Source of the DNA: Gammaproteobacteria bacterium
GTDB lineage: Bacteria > Pseudomonadota > Gammaproteobacteria > VBWC01
Assembly (NCBI GenBank): GCA_023266115.1
Contig: JAHFRU010000001.1
Span: 271,905 to 335,904, forward strand
Reading direction: 5' to 3'
Length of the DNA stretch: 64,000 nucleotides
Each line of letters starts with the position of its first letter. The stretch's first letter is position 1. Under the pieces are notes generated by a model. It searched no databases. It had not been told where the DNA came from and saw nothing but the letters and a program-made list of their open reading frames with translations. The position numbers and the translations under genes were made by a program. Positions 1 to 8,959 of the stretch are shown piece by piece.

Positions 1-190
1 GCACGGCGACGTCGCCTTCATCGGCGCGCGTCAGTCCGGCGATGATATTGATCAGCGTGGACTTGCCGGCGCCGTTCGGTCCGAGCAGGCCGAAAAACTC
101 GCCGCCGTTGATCGTAAGACTCACGCCGTTGAGCGCGTTCACGCTGCCGAAACGTTTGTGTACGGACTGTATGTTGATTGCCGGAGTCAT
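1..190 (-). CDS. ABC transporter ATP-binding protein, N-terminal part (gene continues beyond the window start)
   Basis: The reverse-strand translation from the ATG at 190-188 reads MTPAINIQSVHKRFGSVNALNGVSLTINGGEFFGLLGPNGAGKSTLINIIAGL... This includes the Walker A motif GPNGAGKST. The frame differs from the ORF-track entry 18..266. Confidence 0.8.
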   Translation of the reverse strand, partial: MTPAINIQSVHKRFGSVNALNGVSLTINGGEFFGLLGPNGAGKSTLINIIAGLTRADEGDVAV

Positions 191-383
191 GGTGAGCGGA
201 TGCATCAAGGCGGACTATGATAACCAATCCGCGGGGCAAGGGTGCAGCCGGTGAAACAGCAGGCATGATAACGGCAACTTGTTACGCCCGGCGGGGATTG
301 CCAACGCGCACCGGCAATACAGTGGCCCCGGCAGCGCGATACACGAACGGTATCGCGCTGCCGGGGTCTACCGGTGGCAGTGT

Positions 384-1712
384 TTACTTGCCAAGAACGC
401 GCAGCTCGACGCGGCGATTCTGGGCCTGACCTTCCTTGCTGCCGTTATCCGCGATCGGCCGGGTCGGGCCGTAACCCTTGGCCTCGACATTCGCCTCCGC
501 AACACCGTTCTTCACCAGAAACGCCCGTACCGCCTCGGCACGCTGCTGCGAGAGCGCGGTGTTATAGGGTTCCGTTCCGCGGTTATCGGTGTGGCCGCTG
601 ATCTCGATGCGCAGTTCCGGACGGTCGCGCAACGTCGCGGCAATGCCCGTCAATACCGTTGAGGATGCCCTCGTCAGTAATGCCGAGTCATATTCAAACG
701 TCACGCCACGTAGCGTGAACGTCTCGCCGGTAACCGAGAACGTAAGACCTGGCGGGACGGACTGATCCATCGCGCTCAGGCAACCATTCGGATCGACCTT
801 GTCACCCGCCCTGGAGCCGGCGCACTGATCCTTGCTGTCCACAATGCCGTCGGCATCGCTGTCCATCTCGCAGCCGAGGGCGCTTACCTTCATGCCGGCA
901 GGCGTGCCGGGGCAGCGGTCGAGGTCGTCGACGACGCCGTCGCGATCGCTGTCGATCTCGCAGCCTTGCGCATTTACCTTGCGCGCGGCCGGCGTCTTCG
1001 GGCAGCGGTCCTTGCTGTCGGTGACGCCGTCATGATCGGCATCCACCATGCAACCGGTGCCGTCCACCGGCGTTCCGGCCGGCGTATCCGCACAGCGATC
1101 GTCGGCATCGTTGACGCCGTCGCCGTCGCTGTCGCCGACCGGTACCGCTGCCGCCTGCGTTTTTCCGCCGAACGGGATCGCCAAACCGACGTTAAACACC
1201 CAGTCCGCGAAGCTGCTCTGACCCGCGCGGCTGGAGTTATCGTCGTCATACCGGTAGCGCGCGTCGACACGCAGCGCAATGCCGCGCTCGTTCAGCGTAT
1301 GCATCACGCCACCGCCGGCGCTGGCGAGCAGGTTGGCGGCGCTCTTGCCAGGGACTTCGGTATCCATCGTGCCGATACCGAGCAGGCCGTAGGGATTCCA
1401 GCGGCGTTCCCGGCTGAAGAAATACAGGCCGTCGAGTTCGATGCCGCCCTGATCGTATTCACCGCTGGTGTTGGTGAAATCCATCGCCGAGTGGATCGCA
1501 TTCAGCTCGAGATTCCACTTGTCGTTGATCAGCCGCCCGATACCGAGCTGCGTATTGAAGCCGTCATCCGCGGCACGGCCGCTGTCAGACGCGATGTAGC
1601 CCAGCGCCGGCGCCAGATACCACTTGCGTTCCGTCTGATCGTCTGCGGTGGCGACCATGCTCAGGCCGAGAAAGGCACAGGCCAGAATGGCCAGGAATTT
1701 GTTGTTTATCAT
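384..1712 (-). CDS. OmpA-family outer-membrane protein with thrombospondin type-3 (TSP3) Ca-binding repeats
   Basis: It has a signal peptide and an N-terminal beta-barrel-like region. It has about five tandem DxDxDGxxDxxDxC repeats (DSDGDGVNDADDRC, DADHDGVTDSKDRC, DSDRDGVVDDLDRC, DSDADGIVDSKDQC). The C-terminal OmpA domain reads ...RIEISGHTDNRGTEPYNTALSQQRAEAV. Confidence 0.85.
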   Translation of the reverse strand: MINNKFLAILACAFLGLSMVATADDQTERKWYLAPALGYIASDSGRAADDGFNTQLGIGRLINDKWNLELNAIHSAMDFTNTSGEYDQGGIELDGLYFFSRERRWNPYGLLGIGTMDTEVPGKSAANLLASAGGGVMHTLNERGIALRVDARYRYDDDNSSRAGQSSFADWVFNVGLAIPFGGKTQAAAVPVGDSDGDGVNDADDRCADTPAGTPVDGTGCMVDADHDGVTDSKDRCPKTPAARKVNAQGCEIDSDRDGVVDDLDRCPGTPAGMKVSALGCEMDSDADGIVDSKDQCAGSRAGDKVDPNGCLSAMDQSVPPGLTFSVTGETFTLRGVTFEYDSALLTRASSTVLTGIAATLRDRPELRIEISGHTDNRGTEPYNTALSQQRAEAVRAFLVKNGVAEANVEAKGYGPTRPIADNGSKEGQAQNRRVELRVLGK

Positions 1713-2279
1713 TGGTAACTCCCCGCTCCCAAAAAAAATCTTTGATCCCCGCGCAGCTGACCCTGTGGATCGGCTGCAACAAGCGCCCGTATCCCTGATA
1801 TCCGGTGTGCGTGCCGCGTCTCCGCTAAAAAGCGGGATTGCGCGGAGCTCTCTGGCGATTCATGCCGCGTCTCGCACCAGACGTTACCGCGCCTGTCAGG
1901 CGGCGTCGTCAATGCGAGCTGCCGGCGCGTATTGCATGCGAGGACATTTTTCCGCGGATTGTTCTTGTCGCCGGCACCGTCAGGGACGCTCCCGACAGGG
2001 AAGCCTATGATACCGAATCTGCGGTCGAATGGCCCGGGCCGGCCGAAAAAAAACGCCTGTTACCCGGTGTAAGCGGTAGAAAGCATAAAAGTCGCGGGGA
2101 ATATCCGGCGCCCGCCGGTGGCGGCGGGTGCGTGGGGTGCTCCCGGATACCCCTTGTGCGGGTAACCGGGCGACGATTGCTACGCTCTTTCCGGCCAGGA
2201 TCGACGCGTCTTGCGCTTGCCGGTTTTCTGTCCAGCGCACGGCGCCTTGATCAACGGTTTATCCGACAGCAGCGTCGCC

Positions 2280-2960
2280 TCATGGCGATTCGATCGACAG
2301 CAGTTTGCACAGCTTTAGCGGGTCATCGACGCGTCGTTCACCGCGCAGCATCACGGGTATCGTCAGTAACAGAATTCGGAGATCCAGGAGCAGGGACCTG
2401 TTGTCGATGTACCACAGATCCAATTGAATGCGTTGTGACCAGCCTAGCCAGGTATTCCCGCTGATCTGTGCAATTCCCGTGAGTCCCGGCCGCAAGGCCA
2501 GTCGCCGCGACTCAACATCGCCGTAAGCGCTGGCCTGACAGGGGATATCCGGCCGTGGTCCGACGAGCGACATGTCGCCCGTCAGGACATTGACCAGCTG
2601 TAGTAATTCATCAAGCTTGCTGCGTCTCAATAAATGGCCTACCCGGGTAACACGCGGATCCCCCCAGCGGATTTCCTCGTCCGGAAAGATCCCGAAGCTG
2701 TGGGTGTGAAAGGTCCGTAGCTTGTATATCGTAAATGGCCGTCCGCCACGGCCAACGCGAGATTGCGTGAAAATCGGACTCCCGGACGAATCGAGGCGTA
2801 TCAGCAACATCAACAGCAGCATTAGCGGCAGCGCCATCAAGAACAAGGGAATCGCGATCACCAGATCGACAATCCGTTTGGTATATTCGCCGTGCAGAGT
2901 GCCGCCTGTCCGGTCGGATACGGTAGAAAACACGCCCGTCGACTTGTTGATTTGTCTCAT
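2280..2960 (-). CDS. Undecaprenyl-phosphate sugar phosphotransferase (bacterial sugar transferase, PglC/WbaP C-terminal-domain type)
   Basis: The 226-aa product has an N-terminal TM helix (LVIAIPLFLMALPLMLLLMLLI). The conserved core reads RPFTIYKLRTF...MSLVGPRP...PGLTG. Its start overlaps the upstream stop as ATGA. Confidence 0.85.
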   Translation of the reverse strand: MRQINKSTGVFSTVSDRTGGTLHGEYTKRIVDLVIAIPLFLMALPLMLLLMLLIRLDSSGSPIFTQSRVGRGGRPFTIYKLRTFHTHSFGIFPDEEIRWGDPRVTRVGHLLRRSKLDELLQLVNVLTGDMSLVGPRPDIPCQASAYGDVESRRLALRPGLTGIAQISGNTWLGWSQRIQLDLWYIDNRSLLLDLRILLLTIPVMLRGERRVDDPLKLCKLLSIESP

Positions 2961-4267
2961 CAGTCGCCCACTCGACTGGAGCCAGCCTGTGGCTCCAGTC
3001 GTCCCGTCACGGAATATCCTGTATTCAAGCGCTCCCTGGCTCCAAGGTCGGCGTAAAGACGGGTCATCTCCGCAAAATACCGATCACCGCTGTAATGTCG
3101 TTCAACAAACAGGCGCGCCCTGCGGCCGAAGAATTCCACTTCGCTATCCGGCATTGAAGCAACTTCATCCAGACGGCTGGCCAGCGCTGCGGCATCACGC
3201 GGGGGAAACAACCAGCCGTTATCGCCGTCGATGACCATTTCCGGAATGCCGCCAATGCCGGCAGCAATGACCGGTTTGCCGCTGGCAAACGACTCCAGAA
3301 TCGCGAGAGACGCGTTCTCGTACCATTCCGACGGCACTACGACAGCACGTGCATTGCCGATCAATGAGGCCAGCAGGGCCGGCGGTACGTGATCGATGAA
3401 TTCCACCGCGATGTGCAGTTGGTCAGCGAGTGTCTGCAGAAAATTGCGTTCCGCTCCCCAGCCGACGATCTTGATCGCTGCTTTCGCCTGCGCCGCGGCG
3501 CGTATAAAAGTCGCGAGTCCTTTCTCGGGCGCGAGCCGGCCGAAATATAAAAAATACCTGCCCGGCTGGAAGGATGGTGTCCACAGCCGTTCGTCGAAGA
3601 AGTTACGGAGATGAACCAGTCGTTCGCCCGGCCATCCCCACGCAATAAATTTGTCAAACATAAACCGGCTGGGACATATCAGTCTGTCGATATGACGCTC
3701 ATAAAACCCTGCCCAGCGGTGAAACACGGACTCCATCGCGACCAGTGAACTCACCGCTGCTGAACCATGCAGGCAGCGCTTGCGGATCAGCGGCAACACC
3801 CGGCCGCCACGGCATTCTTCGCACACGCTGTTGCCATCGTACATTTTGTAGGCGGGACAGAGCAGCTTGTAATCGTGAGCGGTCATCACGATCGGCACAC
3901 TGCGGCGACCCAGTACCGGCAGGATCGCGGGAGAAATATGGTGATAGATACTGTGAATATGTACCACGTCCGGACTGTAACGATCGAGAAGACGGCTGAT
4001 GTTGGCGCGGGCCTCGCGTGAATACAGCACCTTGCCCGCCAGCCGCAGCCGGGTGGGCAACGAGTAGTCGCCGCCGAACTCGAGCTCATCGACGAAGAAT
4101 TCCTGCCATGGAGTAGCTAGGTTGTCGCGATGCTTCATGGAGAATACCGCCGTCTGCCAGCCGCGTGCCTGAAACAAACGATCCTGATCCAGGAATAACG
4201 CGTCGGAGCCGGCGCGGCGGTAGTGATAGTTATTGATCGAGAGGAGTCGCTTCACGCCGTTATTCAC
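2960..4267 (-). CDS. Glycosyltransferase family 4 (GT1/GT4 fold)
   Basis: The C-terminal motif EWYENASLAILESFASGKPVIAAGIGGIPEMV is the GT4 EX7E region. The likely start is the GTG at 4267 (VNNGVKRLLSINNYHYRR) or at 4255. The ORF-track start at 4315 would overlap the upstream gene. Confidence 0.85.
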   Translation of the reverse strand: MNNGVKRLLSINNYHYRRAGSDALFLDQDRLFQARGWQTAVFSMKHRDNLATPWQEFFVDELEFGGDYSLPTRLRLAGKVLYSREARANISRLLDRYSPDVVHIHSIYHHISPAILPVLGRRSVPIVMTAHDYKLLCPAYKMYDGNSVCEECRGGRVLPLIRKRCLHGSAAVSSLVAMESVFHRWAGFYERHIDRLICPSRFMFDKFIAWGWPGERLVHLRNFFDERLWTPSFQPGRYFLYFGRLAPEKGLATFIRAAAQAKAAIKIVGWGAERNFLQTLADQLHIAVEFIDHVPPALLASLIGNARAVVVPSEWYENASLAILESFASGKPVIAAGIGGIPEMVIDGDNGWLFPPRDAAALASRLDEVASMPDSEVEFFGRRARLFVERHYSGDRYFAEMTRLYADLGARERLNTGYSVTGRLEPQAGSSRVGD

Positions 4268-4284
4268 ACACTCGTTGTTCGCCG

Positions 4285-5043
4285 TTAAATCCGTAGACCG
4301 CCTTTCCACAAGCATCGATCGCCGGTGATGCCGGCCGTAAAACTATCTCGTCCATGCAGCACACGAGCGTCGTGGAAGAACACAGCATCGCCTTCATTGA
4401 GCCGGACCGCAAGCGGCAGTGACCGGTCGACGGTGTCCTGTAGAAAACAATGAAAGTTTTCCACGATGGCAAGCAGATCCGGCGATACCTGATTTCTCAT
4501 CGTATAATAATTCCACCGCAGAAACGGCCCGTCCGGAGGCGTAGCGATGATCGTCGATTCGACATGCACGCCCGCTTTATTAAATCGCACGATGGCCCCG
4601 GTCAGCATGGTCAGCAATTCGGGTCTTTCGGTCGCCAGCACCGACAGTAAACGTTGGCCGTCCAGAAACAGGGTTGCGCCGCCGCGCGGCGCGGCGCGGT
4701 GGCAGACCATGAATACGATCGGCGGCGGATCGTAAAGGTAGGCGCCATCGGTGTGCAACGGTTGCGCAGAACTGGAGTGGCGAAAACGTTGCGGGAATTC
4801 CGGGTTGAATTCAACGTCGGACCACAAATTCCCGGTCGCGAGGCCGGTCTTGACGTCCTCGTCCACGGGCACACGCTCGCATTGTTCTGCCAGCGCCTCG
4901 TCCCAGAATTCCCGGTGGCGACCCACCGCCGGATGCGTGCGCGCGACAACCAGCCGCGCCGTCCGGCAGGCGGCGGTGATACGTGCGCCGACATCCGGGG
5001 GGGAATCCAGCTTGCGCAGGTCAAGTCTACAGAACGCTTCCAT
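4285..5043 (-). CDS. TauD/TfdA-family Fe(II)/2-oxoglutarate-dependent dioxygenase-like protein
   Basis: The 252-aa product carries an HTDGAY-type motif (PLHTDGAYLYDPP) and a later His (FFHDARVLHGRD). This matches the TauD and clavaminate-synthase-like fold. A 3-nt spacer separates it from the upstream stop. Confidence 0.65.
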   Translation of the reverse strand: MEAFCRLDLRKLDSPPDVGARITAACRTARLVVARTHPAVGRHREFWDEALAEQCERVPVDEDVKTGLATGNLWSDVEFNPEFPQRFRHSSSAQPLHTDGAYLYDPPPIVFMVCHRAAPRGGATLFLDGQRLLSVLATERPELLTMLTGAIVRFNKAGVHVESTIIATPPDGPFLRWNYYTMRNQVSPDLLAIVENFHCFLQDTVDRSLPLAVRLNEGDAVFFHDARVLHGRDSFTAGITGDRCLWKGGLRI

Positions 5044-5046
5044 ACG

Positions 5047-6315
5047 TCAGTCCGCGACCCTGGCACTCTTATGGGATCGGTGCAAGGCTGTGCGGCCGGT
5101 CTGGTCAACCACCTCTGAAAATTGATCCACGCAATTTCGCATGGCCAGTAAATCGCGCTCCCCGACATCCGAATGCAACGGCAACGTGAGCAGGCGTCGG
5201 GCAAAATCGCCAGCGGCCGGGTGGGCGCCTGAACGCACGTAAGTCGCGGTGGCCGGAATCTCCGAGAGCAAACGACGATACATTCGCGACGGCCCCAGTC
5301 CTTGCTGCCAAAGGCTGGCAAACAATCGATCGCGTTCCGTTTCTGACCGCAGCAGCAACGGATACCGCCATAGCCGGTCGGTGCGTGTGGCCGTGCTGCA
5401 ATCGGCGGCGGCCATGCGCATGCTGTGCGTTGCGACATCAACCCAGGGTACGTCCGGCCCGCGCAGTATCGACTCGATGGTATCTTCGCGCCATCGCCCC
5501 GTACTTCTGTGGCGGTCGATCGCCTGTGGCAGGAGTCTGTGCAGACGGCGCGGAAACGGCTCGAGTTCCGTCAATTCACGATAGGAAATGGCGTCGACCG
5601 GGACTCTCGCCACACGTGTAAGAAACCGGTAAACCGCAGGTTGAATCGAGAGGTTGTAGAGTAAACAGTTAGCCCGATGCATGAGCCGCCTAACCCCGGT
5701 TTCGCTTCTATCGGCGGGCTGCGGGGGTAGCGCGTTCGCTGCGGTTGAGCCGAGTGTCTGCAGCAGAACTCCGCCGCGCCGCAGTGATACCGGCTTGCCA
5801 CGTCCGAAGCTGATAACAACCAGGTCGGCGCTCGAGCGGACTTGCATGTCCAGCGGGAAAGCGTGCGCGTGGTCTTCAATGAGTAACGGCCCGTCGCTGC
5901 CGAGCATGCGGCGCAGTGCCTGGTCGTTCGACGGGAGCCCGAGAAATCTGATCGACAGTAAGGCAACCGTGTGCCGGGTGATGGACCTTTCCACACTTAC
6001 AGGGTCGAGCCAGGGTAGCTCCGGTAGCGTGTCCGCGAGCACCGGCTGCACGCCGGCGAAGACCGCGGCGCTCACGACATCCGGACACGCATACGCCGGC
6101 ATCACCACTTCGGGGCGCGTCGTCGTAGCACGATTTGCCGCAAGTTTCAGCGCTGCTGCCAGCGCCGCCGTTCCCGAGCCGTACCAGTGGGCAAGATACC
6201 CCGGAAACTGCAGATTTGCCGCCGCGGACGAGGCCTTGTGCCCGGCCGACCGCGGACTGATGCCCCGCAACGGTACGCGTTCACCTGCCGGGCGCAACTG
6301 ACGCGGGATCATCAT
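5047..6315 (-). CDS. DegT/DnrJ/EryC1/StrS-family PLP-dependent sugar aminotransferase or dehydratase-like protein (divergent)
   Basis: The sequence SGTAALAAALKLA...VVMPAYACPDVVSAAVFAGVQPVLADT...LLIEDHAHAF...VISFGRGKPVS fits this fold. The proposed start MMIPRQ at 6315 overlaps the upstream stop as ATGA. The ORF-track start at 6354 is over-extended. Confidence 0.65.
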   Translation of the reverse strand: MMIPRQLRPAGERVPLRGISPRSAGHKASSAAANLQFPGYLAHWYGSGTAALAAALKLAANRATTTRPEVVMPAYACPDVVSAAVFAGVQPVLADTLPELPWLDPVSVERSITRHTVALLSIRFLGLPSNDQALRRMLGSDGPLLIEDHAHAFPLDMQVRSSADLVVISFGRGKPVSLRRGGVLLQTLGSTAANALPPQPADRSETGVRRLMHRANCLLYNLSIQPAVYRFLTRVARVPVDAISYRELTELEPFPRRLHRLLPQAIDRHRSTGRWREDTIESILRGPDVPWVDVATHSMRMAAADCSTATRTDRLWRYPLLLRSETERDRLFASLWQQGLGPSRMYRRLLSEIPATATYVRSGAHPAAGDFARRLLTLPLHSDVGERDLLAMRNCVDQFSEVVDQTGRTALHRSHKSARVAD

Positions 6316-7475
6316 GCACAGGTCTTGCGAGCTGAATATTCTTCGAGCGGGCATATCCCGGCAATTATTTCCGCCATGGTCTCCAATTCTTCCTGCGACA
6401 CTTCAGTAAGCAATGGCAGGCAGAGAATCCGCTTGCTCAGCGATTCCGCGACAGGCATGGCTGGTCCGGACCTGATGAACGGCAGTCGATTGAGCGTCGG
6501 ATTGAAGTAGATATGGGGAATGAATCCAGCGTTGGTCAACGCGGCCATTGCAGTTTCGCGCAGCTCGGGTGTTGGAAATACGACCGGAAAAAAGGCGTGA
6601 TTCACCCGGGCCAGCGCATTGAATTGTTGCAGCCCGGTTGCGCTGGACGCCTCCAGCCGCAGCCGAAGTTTCTCGGCGCTTTGACGCCGGTGCGTCATCA
6701 CCGCATCGATATCGTCGAGCAGGCACAACCCCACTGCTGCGTGCAACTCGCTCAGCCGGCCATTGATACCCGGCGCCTGCACCTGGCCGTCGACCGCCTG
6801 GCCATTGTTGACGGCCAACCGGGCACGCCGACAGTGTTCCGCGTCGCGCAGCACAACCGCGCCGCCCTCAACGGTATGAAAAAGCTTGGTGGCGTGCAGG
6901 CTGAGTACCGACGCATCGCCGCAGGCAAGCACACTCCGGTCCAGGTAATCAACGCCGAAAGCGTGTGCCGCGTCGTAGATGCACAACAGTCCGCGACGGG
7001 CGGCTATCTGATCGATCGCGTCGATATGGCACGGGTTACCGAAGGTATGGGTGGCGAGAATGGCGCGCGTATTCACGGTTATTGCCGCTTCGATTTGGCG
7101 CGGATCGATGTTATAGGTGCGGGCATCGATATCGGCGAACTGCGGAGTGAGCCCGAGCCACGCGAGTGAGCTGACGGTCGTTACCCAGGAGAAGGGTGAG
7201 GTGACAACCGAGCCTGACACTCCCAGCGCGTGCAGGGCGACCTGCAGTGCCAGCGTGCCACTGCTGGTTAGCACCAGGTACTCGACGCCGAGATAGTCGG
7301 CGAGCCGTTCCTCCAGCTCGCGCACCATCGGCCCGTTATTCGTCAACCGGCCGGATGCAAAGATTTCCCTCGCCAGCTGTTCGAAGCGATCGCGGTTCGG
7401 CAAGTTGATCAGCGTTGACGCGCCTGCTGATGGCGTCGTTATGCGACGATCGGTTCGAGTGACGTGGCCATGCAT
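6312..7475 (-). CDS. DegT/DnrJ/EryC1/StrS-family aminotransferase (nucleotide-sugar aminotransferase)
   Basis: The sequence reads GPMVRELEERLADYLGVEYLVLTSSGTLALQVALHALG...FADID...ILATHTFGNPCHIDAIDQIAARRGLLCIYDAAHAFG...LSLHATKLFHTVEGG. The exact start is uncertain because the ORF overlaps the upstream gene by 37 nt. Confidence 0.85.
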   Translation of the reverse strand: MHGHVTRTDRRITTPSAGASTLINLPNRDRFEQLAREIFASGRLTNNGPMVRELEERLADYLGVEYLVLTSSGTLALQVALHALGVSGSVVTSPFSWVTTVSSLAWLGLTPQFADIDARTYNIDPRQIEAAITVNTRAILATHTFGNPCHIDAIDQIAARRGLLCIYDAAHAFGVDYLDRSVLACGDASVLSLHATKLFHTVEGGAVVLRDAEHCRRARLAVNNGQAVDGQVQAPGINGRLSELHAAVGLCLLDDIDAVMTHRRQSAEKLRLRLEASSATGLQQFNALARVNHAFFPVVFPTPELRETAMAALTNAGFIPHIYFNPTLNRLPFIRSGPAMPVAESLSKRILCLPLLTEVSQEELETMAEIIAGICPLEEYSARKTCA

Positions 7476-8626
7476 GCAAGGTTACCCTCCATTTCTGCGG
7501 CACTTGGGAAAGTGAATAGTGCGTAACCCAATATATCTTTCGAGGATGTAAACCGGCTCACAGTCGCGCCGGTCGACGTTGTCAGTTGCATATCGATCGT
7601 ATAGGGATTCAGGTGTGGCGCCATTCGCAGCCCGCGCAGCTTGCCAGGCGATCTGGAATGAATCATCCACGAGGCGTGAAATCCCGGTGGTTTTTCCGGG
7701 CGGAAAGGCAATGTCACCGGTGCGCCGAGCGATTGCATGATGACGATATCCGCCATGTCGACCCCCGTGTGATGTTGAATGAGCAGCGGCAGGCAGTTAC
7801 CGCCGGCGCGTGGCCCGATCTCGATCAACCACAGGTCACCGTTGTTATCGAACATGGCATCGAGATTGAAGACCAGGTTGTCAATGCCAAGTAACGCCAT
7901 GAGCCGTTGCAGCTGCTTCAGAAGCGTCTCCCGTCGTTCCGCGGCAAGGTGGCCCGGGAAGCTCTCGCCAACCGGCGCGTATGCCGAACACTCGCTATCG
8001 AAATGCTCATCGCCGAGGCAAGTAAAGGCGAGTTTGCCATCGACAACCACGCCATCGCCGGCGATCTGGGCGCTGTCCCGCGCTATCCACTGTTCAACGA
8101 TTACGCTTGCGCTACGCGAGTAATGCTGCGCGTTGCGGAAAGCCTGGCCCATGTCGGCGGCATTGTCGACACGGCTCACGCCTTTACTTCCGGATGAATC
8201 GGCCGGTTTGACCATTACCGGAAGCCCCATGGAGCGTGCCACCTCGCACGCCTCTGGAAGATCGGCAGCAACGGCGAACCCGGGCGTATTAAAGCCGTGA
8301 TCTCGCAGGAAAGCGCGAAAGAGAGCCTTGTTCGTCAGTACGTGGACCGCGGCCGGAGGGCATCCGGGAAGACCCATTTGATCGGCTACGTACGCCGCAG
8401 TCCACGCCGCGGGATCGGACGCAAACGCGATAATGCCGTCAATCCTCAATTTCCTGGCCAATGTAAGGACCGCCCGGTGGTCTGTCGTGCTGACGTTATA
8501 ATACTCGTGCGCGAGCCGATGCCCTGGATTATGCGGCACATAATCCACCGTGATCACCCGGTGACCCAGCTTGAGAGCACGCAAGATTACCGGCAGCTGG
8601 AATATGGATCCGCCGAGGATTAGCAA
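7439..8626 (-). CDS. ATP-grasp domain protein (carboxylate-amine ligase type)
   Basis: The 395-aa product opens with a Rossmann-like N-terminus (MLILGGSIFQLPVILRALKLGHRVITVDY). Its ATP-grasp core reads LTNKALFRAFLRDHGFNTPGF...GLPVMVKPADSSGSKGVSRV...LWLIEIGPRAGGN. It is the first gene of the minus-strand operon. Confidence 0.8.
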   Translation of the reverse strand: MLILGGSIFQLPVILRALKLGHRVITVDYVPHNPGHRLAHEYYNVSTTDHRAVLTLARKLRIDGIIAFASDPAAWTAAYVADQMGLPGCPPAAVHVLTNKALFRAFLRDHGFNTPGFAVAADLPEACEVARSMGLPVMVKPADSSGSKGVSRVDNAADMGQAFRNAQHYSRSASVIVEQWIARDSAQIAGDGVVVDGKLAFTCLGDEHFDSECSAYAPVGESFPGHLAAERRETLLKQLQRLMALLGIDNLVFNLDAMFDNNGDLWLIEIGPRAGGNCLPLLIQHHTGVDMADIVIMQSLGAPVTLPFRPEKPPGFHASWMIHSRSPGKLRGLRMAPHLNPYTIDMQLTTSTGATVSRFTSSKDILGYALFTFPSAAEMEGNLACMATSLEPIVA

Positions 8627-8959
8627 CGTTGACAGATTTCCCCCTTGGCGCCCCGTCGGTATTTTTTTATTTCAGGGCTACGGTTACTACTGCTTGTTTC
8701 AATCTAAACGCGGATCGGATTCCCGTCAATAAACGCGTGCTCGACCGGTTGGCCCAGGTGCGATCCGGTGCTAACGGCCGATGAGGATGACGGACCGCCG
8801 AACTTCGGATATTTGTGCCACCTTTGCCGGGAAGGTTTTGATTTCCCATTGACGTGCAGGCCGGCGTCCGCGCAGTTTTTTGTTTTGCCGCAACGACTTA
8901 AGGTGTGCGGGTGTTGTTAACTGCGTGCGATGGTTTACGTCGGGATCGCCAGGGAATCC

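Noticed and set aside
966-1718. 250-aa plus-strand ORF overlapping the OmpA/TSP3 gene
   Set aside because: Antisense to a gene with a clear signal peptide, TSP3 repeats and OmpA domain. It has no motifs of its own.
1713-2279. Possible ops/JUMPstart element (aGCGGTAGaaaG) in the 570-bp gap
   Set aside because: It gives only a partial match to GGCGGTAGnnTG. It lies downstream of the glycan operon rather than in its 5' leader, and it is on the wrong strand. The leader region 8627-8959 has no convincing match either.
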